The position numbers and the translations under genes are program-made. Positions 22,990 through 35,960 of a stretch of 64,000 nt of DNA are shown here, piece after piece. Position 1 is the stretch's first letter. Each line of letters opens with the position of its first letter. This stretch comes from Octopus sinensis (Eukaryota): assembly GCF_006345805.1 (NCBI RefSeq), contig NC_042997.1, positions 147,560,001-147,624,000 on the forward strand, in the 5' to 3' direction. Under the pieces are notes generated by a model, which made no database searches, was not told the DNA's origin, and saw only the letters and a list, made by a program, of their open reading frames with translations.

Positions 22990-25150
22990 AGCAGGACGAT
23001 ACTAATTGCTGCCAGATATATAGTTCGCTATTAGACCATGTCAACAATGGAGCGTGCAGTAATTCTATTCTGTAGGGATCTACGAGCTGAAAGTGACTTA
23101 GTAGATCCCGGAAGCCAATGTTAGGTCTCCTATCAGTATTTGAGCCAACACTATCGATGCGTGCATCGAGGATAGTAATACAGTTTCCTAACACAACTAA
23201 TGAACATGATGTGTCTAGAAACTTCTCCAAATTTCGATAATAATCAGTCTGACTCGAACTGAGTGCATAAACATCCACCGGCCTGATTTCCTTACGACAA
23301 CTGAACGTCAGGACTAAAACGACCAGCCTACCTTCTGAATCAGAAAAAATTAACTTTTTCTCTGAAACTCAGTTTCTTTTAAGTAGGACCAACACCCCAC
23401 CACAGCCCCGGTCGGCCTGGAGAAATTAATTTCTCATAGACTTTCAGGAGTGGGAGCAGATCTCTTGACCCTTTTAACTGACTTTCAGTAGCAACGATAA
23501 CATTAAACATTGTGACCTGACGTCATTTAGGTAACGCCCTTGTTTCCAGTTCGACGCCCGGCCACGCATATTTGTACATCGTACGTGAACAGCAATAGAA
23601 AAGAATAAAACCTACGATTTTTAATCGGTGTCTGGAGGCGGTGGGGGGGGGGGACATACCTCCTCTTCTTCCTCTTGGGCTCGTGGTGGCGGAACGATGA
23701 GGTTCCCATGTATGCTAGTGTTAACATCCAGCCTGGGGCAGTCTATATCTTCCCATATTCATTTGATAAAGTCCTGTTAATTTTGTTATTTGTTTTATAA
23801 AGTTCTATACCGTCTTTTTTATTTACTGTCTGTATTTTTTCTACGTGTAGTGTTACCAGACGGTTCATCAAGTCTTTATTCGAAACGCGAACCGCCAATG
23901 TAGCAACTATCCTCATCTTTTTTAATCTCGGGTTTTCTTGCTTTTTTAATTACACGAGTCTCTTTTTTATCTTTTGCAGGGGAGCGTGGCTTTATTTTTC
24001 TTTTGTTCTGAACAAAAGACCACTCCTCCCCTCTTTCTGGCATTGGTGTTCGATTCTCTTGCGATTCCAGTTCAACTACCACTTGTTCCTTTTCTTCTCC
24101 CTCCTTCTTTTTTCCAGTCTCCTTGCTTTTACAGTCCATCCTAAGGTGTTCTTTTTTTTTACCACACTGGAAGCATCACAGTTGGCGACCTTCTGCTGTT
24201 ACAACCAGCCGGGTCCCACCAACCTCGAAGATCTCGATGATTTCTTCCAGTGTGGTCTGTTCTGCATTTATAATCAACCTGATGTTTTGGCCGTGCCAGT
24301 TACGTGGCTCCATCACATCGGCCTGTAGCACAGTAATTTTTCTTCTAGGCCCATGGTTACGGCTGCGATGAGCCATCCAGGGACCACATCAGGGAGAATG
24401 TTATTTATAGTGATCATAGACGTTCTTCTACCGATGTATGCGGGTAGAAGAACTACTTCTTCAGTCTTTAATGCGTCGACAGAATGGTGTCACACTTCCT
24501 CTTCAGACTCCATTCTTACCTTTACCGTCCCATATCTCCTTCCTCTTGCAATATATTTTACTTTGTGCCATATTGGCTTTAAGCATTTCTCAATCTCTGC
24601 TTCAGTTGCAAATTCAATTTTCTTCTTCACTTTATACGTCTTGTATATTAGAGTCTTTTTTTCCACGTCTTCCATAATACTTTTTGGAGGGGCCACTTTA
24701 ATTTCGTGCTCCTCTCTTGACATTATTTGTTTGTGTTGGTCAATATTGTTCAAATTGATATTTTAAATTTTTGCTCCTGTGACCGCGGCGAAATCGAGCT
24801 TCTTATTTTTCTCTTTTTCACTTCAGCCTATTTTTGGTTAACGTACATGGAGTCTCTGTGTTTTCCCCATTGTAGCCGGCATTTTCCAGGGAAATCCTCG
24901 TCCGAATCACTTACATTTTTCGACTTCTTACTCCACCTCCTCCACGCTCATGCACTTCTTCTCTTCACTTGGCTTCACACAAGCCATAATGCAGGCTTCC
25001 CCGCATGGGAAAAAAACAATAATTGTTTTACAACTCTAATAATAAACAATTAATGAACAGTTCATCAATAAACTTTAACAAACTTCACCAACTCCACAAA
25101 ACAACGCAATCCAACAGAGCACAAAAACCAATCCAACGCAGCAAAAATAC
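22990..25150 (-). mobile_element. Tx1/L1-type LINE 5' half: 5' UTR, ORF1 and APE endonuclease N-terminus; truncated at the 3' end
   Basis: ORF1 RGRRYGTVKVRMESEEE and knuckle CFQCGKKKEHLRMDC. APE fragment with VIVATESQ, GGVLVLLK, EGRLVVL, VDVYALS, LVVLGNCITILDARID, LVDPYR, LTWSN. Confidence 0.85.
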
Positions 25151-25483
25151 CCGAAGCAAATGTTTCGCTGGCTGAAACAATTAATTATCATTGTACACTA
25201 TCTCAAAATTCACCGTTTTACATTCTTCGTTTCAAATTCAAATCTTGCCTAAGCAGATTTTGTTCACTACGAGAAATACTAATCTCCTGTTGTTATTCAT
25301 TCATCATTTCTATCTCCTTCACTTTCTCATGCGATGCTGATTTTTGTTTTTAATAATTCATTCGTTATACCTTTCAGACTGTTCTACATTTTGCGTTATC
25401 CCTGAAGCAAGGCTTCTTTCTTTCTTTCTTTCCAATAGTGAATGGCTATGTATGTCCTAACAACATTTTAGCTTAGTTCTCAA

Positions 25484-25647
25484 GCACGTGGCTGTGTGAT
25501 AAGTATATTGCATTCTAAACACATGAATCTTGGTTCAATCCTAAAGCAGGACACTTTGTGCAAATGTCTTCTATTATCGCTCCGGGCCGACCAAAGCGTT
25601 GTGTGTGGATTGTGGATTTGGCGGACGGAACCTGAAAGTAGTCTGTC

Positions 25648-25684
<37 letters not shown>

Positions 25685-26001
25685 TCTAAGATAAGGATAA
25701 ATTTAAAAAAATCAGTAGCCAGCATACTAAAATGCCTTTTAAGGTGATAATTATAAACAATTATAAATAAGGGCAAAAGAAAAATAAATTCTTTGCCAAT
25801 ACGCTGAAAAATAGACCTTAGATCGTCTAGCCACATACAATATTATGTGTATTTATAGTCAAAAATATTGTATCTGGTTAGACGATCTAACGTCTATTTT
25901 CCAGCATATTGGGATAGAATTTTTTTCTTCTACCTTTATTTATTATTTATATATATATATACGGCACATATACATACACACATATACACACACATATATT
26001 T

Positions 26002-26069
<68 letters not shown>

Positions 26070-26190
26070 CCTTGTGTGTTTTTGTGTGTGTTTGTCTCCC
26101 ACTAACATTTGACAACCTGTGTTGGTCTAAGTCCTTGTAATCTAGCGGTTCGGCAAAGGACACGATAGAATAAGTACCAGAGTACCAGGC
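25484..26190 (+). mobile_element. SINE family A split at its internal microsatellite by an inserted fold-back
   Basis: 5' half at 25484-25652 (GTGGCTGTGTG..GGGCCGACCAAAG..GTCGTATAT). 3' half at 26070-26190 (GTGTTTGTC..AGCGGTTCGGCAAA..GATAGAATAAGTAC). Confidence 0.75.
25752..25955. mobile_element. About 200-bp palindromic fold-back element (MITE-like)
   Basis: Arms about 25752-25844 and 25864-25955; the core 58 bp are about 85% complementary; 19-nt loop. Confidence 0.7.
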
Positions 26191-26254
26191 TTCAATATCA
26201 GACTCCCGCACCAAAGCGTTGCAGTCAAGATGGATGAAGCCCCAGTTTGTGTCC

Positions 26255-26500
26255 AGTCAATACTACACCTGGCACTACTGCCCTTTTCCAGGTTTTAGCC
26301 CCTTCTGATCAACCGCCGCCTTTGAAGCAACTTTTATTGTCTCCAAAACCAACTTGATGACCTTCCACTCCCAGGCCCCTGTGATGTCAAGCATGTATAC
26401 TCTGCAGGAGGGCTGGCTTCCAAGCCCACAACATTACATCTCGCTGCAATCACAAGATAGTTGCCAGCCATTACTTTGGAATAAGTTCACCAGCCCAGCA
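26255..26500 (-). mobile_element. 3' fragment of a restriction-like-endonuclease LINE (HERO/NeSL-like)
   Basis: FAGLVNLFQSNGWQLSCDCSEM*CCGLGSQPSCRVYMLDITGAWEWKVIKLVLETIKVAS resembles the RLE C-terminus pattern Y.GLV..C...GW...C.P.EVGCRGF....L.I.G....I...AE.AS. Confidence 0.55.
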
Positions 26501-27282
26501 AATAAATATTACAAAATATTATAAAATTAATTTTAAAAACATAAATATATGTATTTATAACTATTAAACATTTCTTGTTTTATTATTTTCACTATAAAAA
26601 GGTTTAATTAAATATTTATTACCACAAAATACATATATATTTTAAAGGATTCTCTCTTTTTTTCTTTTTTGTTACAATATTCATATAACTTTCGATTTCT
26701 TTATTGATAATATCGGTAGTGTTAATGTTTGCAATGATCGTGATGTTATTTTTCATATTATATTTGCAATGGATATTGCTGTTTTCGTAATGGAGTTATG
26801 GGAGTGGAAATCTTATAAAATGATCCCAAATCAATGCCGAAGACATCAGATATTTTGCATAAAGCTGTCGCCTTTCAAGAGGTTAGCAGAAAGTCATTGG
26901 GAGATGTTGCATCGTGAACGGATACCATTAAAACTAGAGATATAATAATATTCATACGTTTTATCAGATCATAAGCTCACATCAAAAGATCGACCAAATT
27001 AAAATGCAAAAGCTTAGATTAATCTGCTTTCTCAGTTTAAAATCAAGGCAATTAAGGGACAGTAAGTATAAATGACGGTTTGGATGCAATGGAAAATTTG
27101 TAATATGCTAGACACGGCTGCAAACTGACATCGTTACACAACATTTCTAGGTTTAAGACACACAGCTATACAGCCACACATATTTAATATATGTACAATT
27201 ACACATCTCTCTCTTCCCTCTCTGTCTATCTATCTATACATACATACTTATGTGTATATCTAATTCTCTCTCCCTCTCTTTC

Positions 27283-27404
<122 letters not shown>

Positions 27405-27638
27405 CATTTCTATATACACGACACACACATGTATGTATATGTGTTGGCAAATATGTGTTTGTATTAAGGAACACGCATGTGACGACGAGTAAAAAATTTC
27501 TGTACTTTGTACCAAAATAGCATTACGTTTTTCTTTTGCATAAACGTAACTATAGGAAAGAAAATAAAATGATAGATATCAGGTAACTGTAAATGATAAA
27601 TGTACAGTAGATGAAAGTTGTGGAAATGGAAGTAGCTC

Positions 27639-27669
<31 letters not shown>

Positions 27670-27781
27670 TAATCGCTTATCTTATTTTTCTTCATTATTC
27701 CTCATTATTTGTGTATTAATCTTGATGTATTACCGCTAGGGCACGCAGAACACCATTTGCATATGTATGTATGCATGTATG

Positions 27782-27812
<31 letters not shown>

Positions 27813-30410
27813 GTATGTATGTATGTATGTATGTATGTATGTATATATATAGATATATATCAAACTCAGAGAGAAAGAGAAAAGCAGAGAGAGATAGAAA
27901 GCGAGAGCAGTTCGTATATAGAGTTTAAAAAGTGCTGAGTTAGAACATTTGATGACCTCCCAATACATTAAATTGAAGCGATTATTAGTTCGACGCTTGA
28001 CATAAATGGAATTTAGAAGCGTGATAGAATAATTTAGATTTTTAATTATTCTGCTGACACTAATTAGCTATGTTGTTGTTGTTATTTAATCTGCAATTGA
28101 GTTGTGATCTGGAAATCATGTGATTAAAGACATTCCAGAAATGCTTACCCTATTTTATTTACTAACATAATGTACCGAGAACTATATTTCCCTATTTACA
28201 CTGTCCTTTTGAAGAAGTTTAACTATAGTTTGCGTGTGAACTGGTTGCTATTTCTAGCCAATCATATGATTACATAGCGGTTCTTTTAGTAAGTTACTAT
28301 GGTTTGTTGATTGTTAATAATATCCATCAGCAACAGCATATTTTATACTATATAAATATTATTGCACAGCATAACATTTATACAATACGGAATCGAAAGT
28401 GTATTAAATAATTATTACATTTGTTAAGTACTTGTTAATTAGTGCCATAAATTGAAAATATATTAAACAGATAAATTTAAAACAAAATCAAAATAAGGTC
28501 GCCTTACCCTACATGTTCCGCTCCTTTACATCTTGAAATATGCTATTTCATTAACATACACTGAGTATCATATTTGGATGACGATACGGGCAATTTAACA
28601 AATGCTTCATTAATGTGTTTTCGCGCCATCAGTACAACTTCTGAATGTTCTCGACGAAACTATCAAATGCTGCGTTATTCGATACTTAGTATTAAAACAA
28701 CACAAGGAAAAAAACAAAAAAGGGAAAAAACTCTAAATTATTAGAAATATGTCAGAGAGTAATGTAATATTTTCTAAGTGTAGGTTTTCTGATGACTTTT
28801 ACAAGTAAACAACAAAGAAATGTGGAAATTTACAGAAAAATTTTGGCATATGAAAATAATTTTGCGCTATATTTCGTTTCCTTTCTTTCGTGCTATATTT
28901 ATGTAATTCTATTTCTTTTCACTTTCTTCTCACATCTATAAAACATGTTTCCTTGAAGTAACCTGAGTTTCTCTGTAGTTTAATCGGACTACACATTCGC
29001 ACGTCGTCAATTCTCAGTTACATCAAAACCATTTTAGATAGCATCACCGCGATAGAATCACATGTTGTCTTTTAAACCCCATTTCACTCTTTTACATTTT
29101 TATAAAAAAATTGTGTATGCAGAGTTTATTGACATACCAAATATACTTTACATTAAAAAATACCTACCTTTCTGTAGATAAATATTTCTTGATTTTTTTC
29201 TTCGATTCTAATTCATGCTTGCTACTACGGCATATTTCGGGAATTGGATCGGATTTAAATCATGGGTGGGGAGACTTCAAGTTTGGTCGGACCTTTATAC
29301 ACAAGAATGAAATCTTAGAAAATTACCTTATTTAAATCTCAAAATTCTTTTATTTCAAATAATTGAATTTGATGAGTTAGCACAGAAAGTTTAAATAAAT
29401 GACTGAAAAATGTCGCATTATAGATACACTTTTTCAAAATTCAAGTTTCGTTTTCCACACATCCACTTGCGGTGTTTGACTTTTCCTCTGTTGTGAAAAG
29501 TATAATGAAGGAGGGTAAGATTTCTTTCATTTAATGTGAGTTACATGTTTCAGAATGTAGAATATGATAAAATGACGGGAAATTACAAAAAGAAAATAAT
29601 CCTTTTTAGTGGTTGTTGCTGTTCCAAAGCCATGATAAGTCTGTGTGGATGTGTTTGTGTGTGTATGTGTGTGGGAGGTGAACGTGTGTGTGTGGGAGGG
29701 GTTGTGAGAGAGAGAGTGAGAGTGAATGAGAGAGGTGGGTTAGAGATACATTTAAGACTTGGATTTTAAAAATTCTTCTTTTAAAACGGCTTCCCTTCAT
29801 TGTTTTGCAATGCATGAAAAACGAAAAAAATAAAATAAAATAGAATAAAATAAAATAAAAAGCACGTTAAATCCCGACAAAAAAGCTATTTCTGAAAGTC
29901 TGCTTTTCCAGTTTCCAGTTTCCAGGGCACAATGAGTAATATATACTGCATTTTTGACTTTGAAGAAAAAATATTTTTACAAATGTTCACTACTTTACCA
30001 AAACTATATCAGCAAAGTGAATAACTTCTCTAAACGCAGTAAAACCTATAACATATTCAGAACACTATTTCAGAAAATTATCACTATACTCTTTGAGCAA
30101 ATAAAAGACAAATTTTGGCGGGACAAAATGAGTAAGACAAAACAAAGTGATCCAAGCAACACCATCAAAATACAGGAACAGATACTGCAAAAGCTAGGGT
30201 TTCAAGAGTCCACAGCTCTATCAATATCCGTCCAAAATGTCTGAGAGACCTGCATGGCGAGCATGTAGGTGTCTCCAAACAAAACTGTAGCGCCTTCTGT
30301 CAAGAGATCCAGATGAGCCTACTTCACGGCAGGAAACACAGATGAGGGTTATTAGCAATTAAAACCTAAAGGCACACCTATAAAAGTCACTAAAGTGACA
30401 AGGGTACAGA

Positions 30411-30686
30411 GTGGTACCAGCAATGCTAGAAATAAGACTTAAAACGACTCATTAGCCACAAAAAGCACTATCTTAGTAAGTTAACAAAAGAAACAAAGCA
30501 CCCTACTGTAGTAAGACATAGCTCTCTACTGAAGAAGCAAGTATACCACATATATGGTTATATATAAGGGTACAACTGCTTCTTCAGTAGGGAGCTTTGT
30601 TTGTTTCGTTAACTTACTAAGATAGTGCCTTTTGTGGCTAATGAATCGTTTTAGCAATGAGTCGTTTCTAGCAATGTTGGTGCCAT
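30411..30686. repeat. About 275-bp imperfect palindrome (fold-back)
   Basis: The left arm ..CATTAGCCACAAAAAGCACTATCTTAGTAAGTTAAC..CTACTGAAGAAGCA is complementary to the right arm 30569-30686; TA-rich centre. Confidence 0.8.
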
Positions 30687-30788
30687 CCTCAAAACACACA
30701 CCATCACAAAAAGCAAGAGTCAGTCCAAATCTATGGAAAGATGTCTCAAGAATTCAATCATTACTACCATCTACAAGTCACACTCGCA

Positions 30789-30864
30789 TTCTTCTTCTTC
30801 TTCTTCTTCTTCTTCTTCTTCTTCTTCTTCTTCTTCTTCTTCTTCTTCTTCTTCTTCTTCTTCT

Positions 30865-30911
<47 letters not shown>

Positions 30912-30938
30912 GTCTTCTTCGTCGTCGTCGTCGTCTTC
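30789..30938. repeat. (TTC)n trinucleotide microsatellite grading into (GTC)n
   Basis: Directly visible; it explains the poly-S/L/F/K/R ORFs. Confidence 0.98.
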
Positions 30939-31243
30939 TCTGACAAGAATTCACAACGACCTCGAACCCACAAGAGTAAACAAGAGAGACAGAGACAGGC
31001 AGAAACAAGGAAAAAGACCCTTGTATTTGAATACTATGCGAATATTCTTTTTTAAAAAACTTTTCATTTAATTTTTCCCAAATTTAATTGTTTGCCATAC
31101 TTACAGTTGAAAAAAGTCTCAATGACTTAAACCGGTACTGAATTTCTTTTTATAAATTTATTTTAGCATTTTCTACCTTGACTCTTTTATTCCATATATC
31201 AATTCGTGTGTTTCTTTTCAACATTATATATATATATATATAT

Positions 31244-31385
31244 ACTTTTCTACGCTAGGCACAAGGCCCGAAATTTTTGGAGAGGGGCCAGTCCATTAGA
31301 TCGAAACCAATATGCAACTGGTATCTAATTTATCGATGAAAGGCAGAATTTGGACTCAGAACGTAAAGTCAGACGAAATACCGCT
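31244..31385 (-). mobile_element. SINE family B, internally deleted fragment
   Basis: CTAGGCACAAGGCCCGAAATTTTTGG..CTCAGAACGTAA..GACGAAATACCGCT. Confidence 0.75.
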
Positions 31386-31701
31386 GGGTACACACACTAT
31401 ATACATACATACAGAGGTACACACACAAATACAAATACATACAGACACACATACAGATACACCCACACATACAAACACACAGACAGGAACACACAAGTAC
31501 ACAGATATGCAGAATACATACTTACATACAAATGTGCTCACAGGCATACACATATCTATGCATACATACATACATGCAGCATACATACATATGTGCATGC
31601 CCATGCACATATGAATTCCCTAGGTGCAGTCGAATGATCATTCATGGGCGAAGGAAATCCCATAAAACAAACATACATGCAGCGTGTATATATATATATG
31701 T

Positions 31702-31866
31702 ATATTTCTTTACTACCCACAAGGGGCTAAACACAGAGGGGACAAACAAGGACAGACAAAGGGATTAAGTCCATTATATCGACCCCAGTGCGTAACTGGA
31801 ACTTAATCTATCGACCCCGAAAGGATGAAAAGCAAAGTCAACCTCGGCGGAATTTGAACTCGGAAC

Positions 31867-31869
<3 letters not shown>
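31702..31869 (-). mobile_element. SINE family B, central fragment
   Basis: TTTACTACCCACAAGGGGCTAAAC..TCGACCCCGAAAGGATGAAA..CTCGGCGGAATTTGAACTC. Confidence 0.85.
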
Positions 31870-31914
<45 letters not shown>

Positions 31915-33813
31915 GTGTGTGTGTGTATGTGTGTGTATGTGTGTGTTTGTGTGTGTGTGTATGTATGTGTCTGTGTGTGAGCAATTGCGCTTATGTTTAC
32001 CAGGATAAAACCTGTTTTATGGCAAGAAAATAATGTTAGTGATGTTACAAATATAAATTAATAAAATAATATAAGAACTATACAGTAAAGTGTTCATCAG
32101 CTTAAGTAAAACATGACTGCTACACAATCTTATTTAGTGTAGGCAGTTATTTTGATGCACTCAACTACCTTAAGAAAGGATTAAAAACTGAAATATTATC
32201 GTACTACACTATAAGTTAGTTTATTTGAATATTTAAATTTAATATTATAAACTTGTATATTATTTAAACGATAACATGTTTTGTAGTTTCACTTGTATAT
32301 CAAACGCTGTTTTACGTTTTTCCAAGATAATGTTTTAGCATTAATCAAACAACATCTCTCTTTTGAAATGTCTTTTGAGCACATCCTCACTCCTATTTGC
32401 CTTGCAGTCATTCTTATAATAACAAAAAAGGCTAAGTAAGTGTAATCTCTATAGTACGTCCGACAGGCATATTAGACATATGTCACGAGAATAGAATTCT
32501 TATCTGCATCTTCATCCGTAAACATATCGCACAGTCGCCATTTATACTTTGTTATTCAGTTCAGTAAAAATAGTGCAACAAAGTAAACGGTAAGAAAATA
32601 TTCTTCTCTCAATTTTTTCTGTGTTACTCTCTTTCAACATATCAGTTACTATCTGTGTGTCTGTTTGTTTTCCCTTCCCCCTTATCACTATGTCTTTTTC
32701 TTCTCCTTTCCGTCTCTGTTTTATCCCCTCTCTCTCTCTCTCTCTCGCGTCGTATATATATATATATATATATAATATATATATAGATAATATATATATA
32801 GCTATGCATGTATCATACGTATATATCTATACGTATGTAATTATGTATGTATGAATATATACGTATGTATTTAAGTATGTATAAATATATATATATATAT
32901 ATATATACACATACACAAATGTATATGTGTGTGTGTATGTATGTATATACATAAAATAGAGGGTGAGATATATTGAGAGGAATAGCAGAAAAGACAGAGA
33001 TTATATGAAGCCAAACAATACGAAAGAAAAAAAAAAGACAAGCATCCTTCAGAAGTAACATTTCTAAAGTATCGACTAAAACAAATAATGCCATATTTAA
33101 TGAAAATTAGAATAAAAATATAGACAAAGACATGAAAAAACAGAAAAACTTCCCAGAAACATTAAGAGTATCATGTGCAGACCTACAAACATCAGTTAGT
33201 CATTAACAGTATCATAAAGTAGTTGTAAGATACAAGCTTGCTATAAAAAAGTTAGACTTGGCTGGTTACAGATGTGCCATTAATAACACTTCACTTTGCA
33301 TGCTGCTTGCTTTTTTTCTAGATTATATAGCATGAAGTTATTATAGCTGACAATTAATACCTAAGATGTTCATCCATGTTAGATAGTATATTTCTCTTAT
33401 TTCGTAAGTGATACAGAGCGAAGTGAATAAAATGATAGAATTTAAATATAACAGACGCATAAAATTAATATTTGTTCTGTTTCCAGTAACATTACCGTCT
33501 TTCTCAATGTGTTGTATTAGGTGGGAGTTATAATGATATTTGTTTTAGCATTTAAATCAAGTGTATTCAGTTTCTTTTGCCATTTGGAAAGTAGAGCTGC
33601 ATACGATTTCTCGTCGTAACAGTATACACAGCAGCATTTTATTTTCGATTTCTGTAACATTTGACAAGCTCCGACATTAAAAAGGATTTTAGATGAGATA
33701 TAGATTAAAACTAGTTTGTATAGAACTGTTACTGATAATATTATATGTAGACATCCAAAAAGATATAAATACAAAAAAATCATACACAATACATACACAC
33801 AATCCTCAATGTG

Positions 33814-33853
<40 letters not shown>

Positions 33854-34754
33854 CGCACGTACACACACACACACACACACACATATATAAATATATATAT
33901 ATATACATGGATACATACACACATACATGCATGCATACATGCATACATACATGCATTCAGAATATTTTCAATTCCAATAGATTACAAATTAAATGTACGA
34001 CATTTAGAAAGTGGGTCATCGCTAAAATTCTATCATCAGTCTGTAGTAAGAAAGAAAATTCGACGTACATCTATAATGTAGAATAATGTAAAAGAAGAAA
34101 GAAAAAGGAAAAAGAAAAAAGGAAAAGGAAATACAAAATTTAAAGAAATCATTGATTTCAATACATTAAAAAACCTCAAAGTTAAAAGCATCAATGAAAT
34201 TGACTTCAAAAATATAAAATACTTTGCCATATATTAATAATATATCTTTTAAATAACATTGAATCCCGGACGAGATAGGTATTTTGAAAATGCATATACA
34301 AGAAAAAAAATATATAGCGTTACATTTTATATAATGTCACAGATATGAAATCCTACAAGAGGGCTATCAAAACTGTTATTGGAGACAGGAAGATTCTAAA
34401 CCAATAAATTAGGTACCCGAACCATTGAGCTTAGCATTCTTTCTTTGGAATACTTATTAAAACCTTTCTGTTGGCAATTAGATAGCATAGAAGTAATATC
34501 ATATGACACTTCACTATTGCAACCATCTATTGCGTGTAAAATATAGAAAACAGCGGTGAGAGTTCAGCGATATGCAGTTAGTTCGGCATGGTATAAACTG
34601 TAGACTTCATTAGCTGGTAGTACCACACACATACAGACGCATACACATACACATACATTGCTCCGCATATATATATATATATACACACACACAAATACAT
34701 GCTACCCATATATATTGACAACACAACCCGCTAAATCCACAAGCTTTTTTTATA

Positions 34755-34912
34755 ATCTCTCTGTTTATTGTCTCTTATTCCTTGACTGTTGAAGAGCGTA
34801 GATTCGAAACGTAAAGGACTTTTTCACTTTCCCGAGCGTCAAACTAATACACCTGCTTGTTGTTCATACACCTGTCTTCATCATTTGTTTTTTCTGTAAA
34901 TTTCATCTATAA
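34755..34912 (+). mobile_element. PLE-tail-like element (P4-related) with a variant hammerhead core
   Basis: TCCTT-GA-CTGTTGA-A-GAGC-GTAG-ATTC-GAAAC-GTA-AAGGA, followed by a pyrimidine-rich tail. Confidence 0.55.
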
Positions 34913-35206
34913 ATATTGTATGTATCACATATATATATGCATGTGTATATGTATATATATACTGCATGTGCGTATATGTATATATGTATAAATATATATA
35001 TACATATACATAGTATATATATTATAGATATATTATATATAATATATATATATTATTTAAGTAGTTGATGAATTATCTTAGTATGGATAATTCGGTTAAC
35101 CGATACCTGGGTAGCAAATTCACGTCAGAAAAACATGGTTGAAACTACATGCCAAGGCAGAGATCACGTGCTTTCGTGTGGAAATTTTGTGTTTTTTTTA
35201 ATACAA

Positions 35207-35419
35207 ATAAATGAAAGAATGGGGTTGAACGACGATTTAACAAAATTACTTTATTCTCGACATATGTTTCGAAGGCTGCATATTCCTAATTTTCCTGATG
35301 AGAAGGCGGCATAATGCAACCCTTATTCCTTCGAAATTAGGAATATGCAGCCTTCGAAACATATGTCAAGAATAAAGGAATTTTGTTAAATCGTCGTTCA
35401 ACTCCATTCTTTCATTTAT
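35207..35419 (+). mobile_element. PLE family P1 tail in head-to-head inverted configuration, with an HHR in the sense arm
   Basis: Arms 35207-35292 and 35333-35419 are complementary with about 3 mismatches. CTGATGA at 35295-301, GAAGG/CCTTC stem II, GAAAC-ATAT-GTC at 35356-67. Confidence 0.8.
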
Positions 35420-35909
35420 ATATATATATAATTAAATATTGAGTGTAGAAATTGATATTAATCAATCAAAACCAGTGGCTTAGCATATTTAAAAAAATCC
35501 GAAGATTAAAAATTATATTACATAAAAAGTAAGAGGAATGCTAAATTTTTTTGAGAATACAATCTTCGTGGCAAGGCAATTTGACGTCAATCTTCACCAT
35601 ATTAGCAATCCACTATGGTGGTTATCCCTCTTACTTTGTGCGTGTGTATTATATATGTATATATATATATATATATATACTATAATATATATATATATAT
35701 ATTAATATAAAAAAAAATATATATATATCAACAGCTGAGATCAGGGAGTCCAATATAGAACACAATTAATGGTCAAATGATTTTACTTACACTCGTGATA
35801 GAACATGGCTATAGAGATATGTCTACATGAACTCATTTTCTGCATAGTTTTCATCATCATCATCATTTCAACCATTTTTCTATTATATCTATTATATATA
35901 TATAATTAG

Positions 35910-35960
<51 letters not shown>

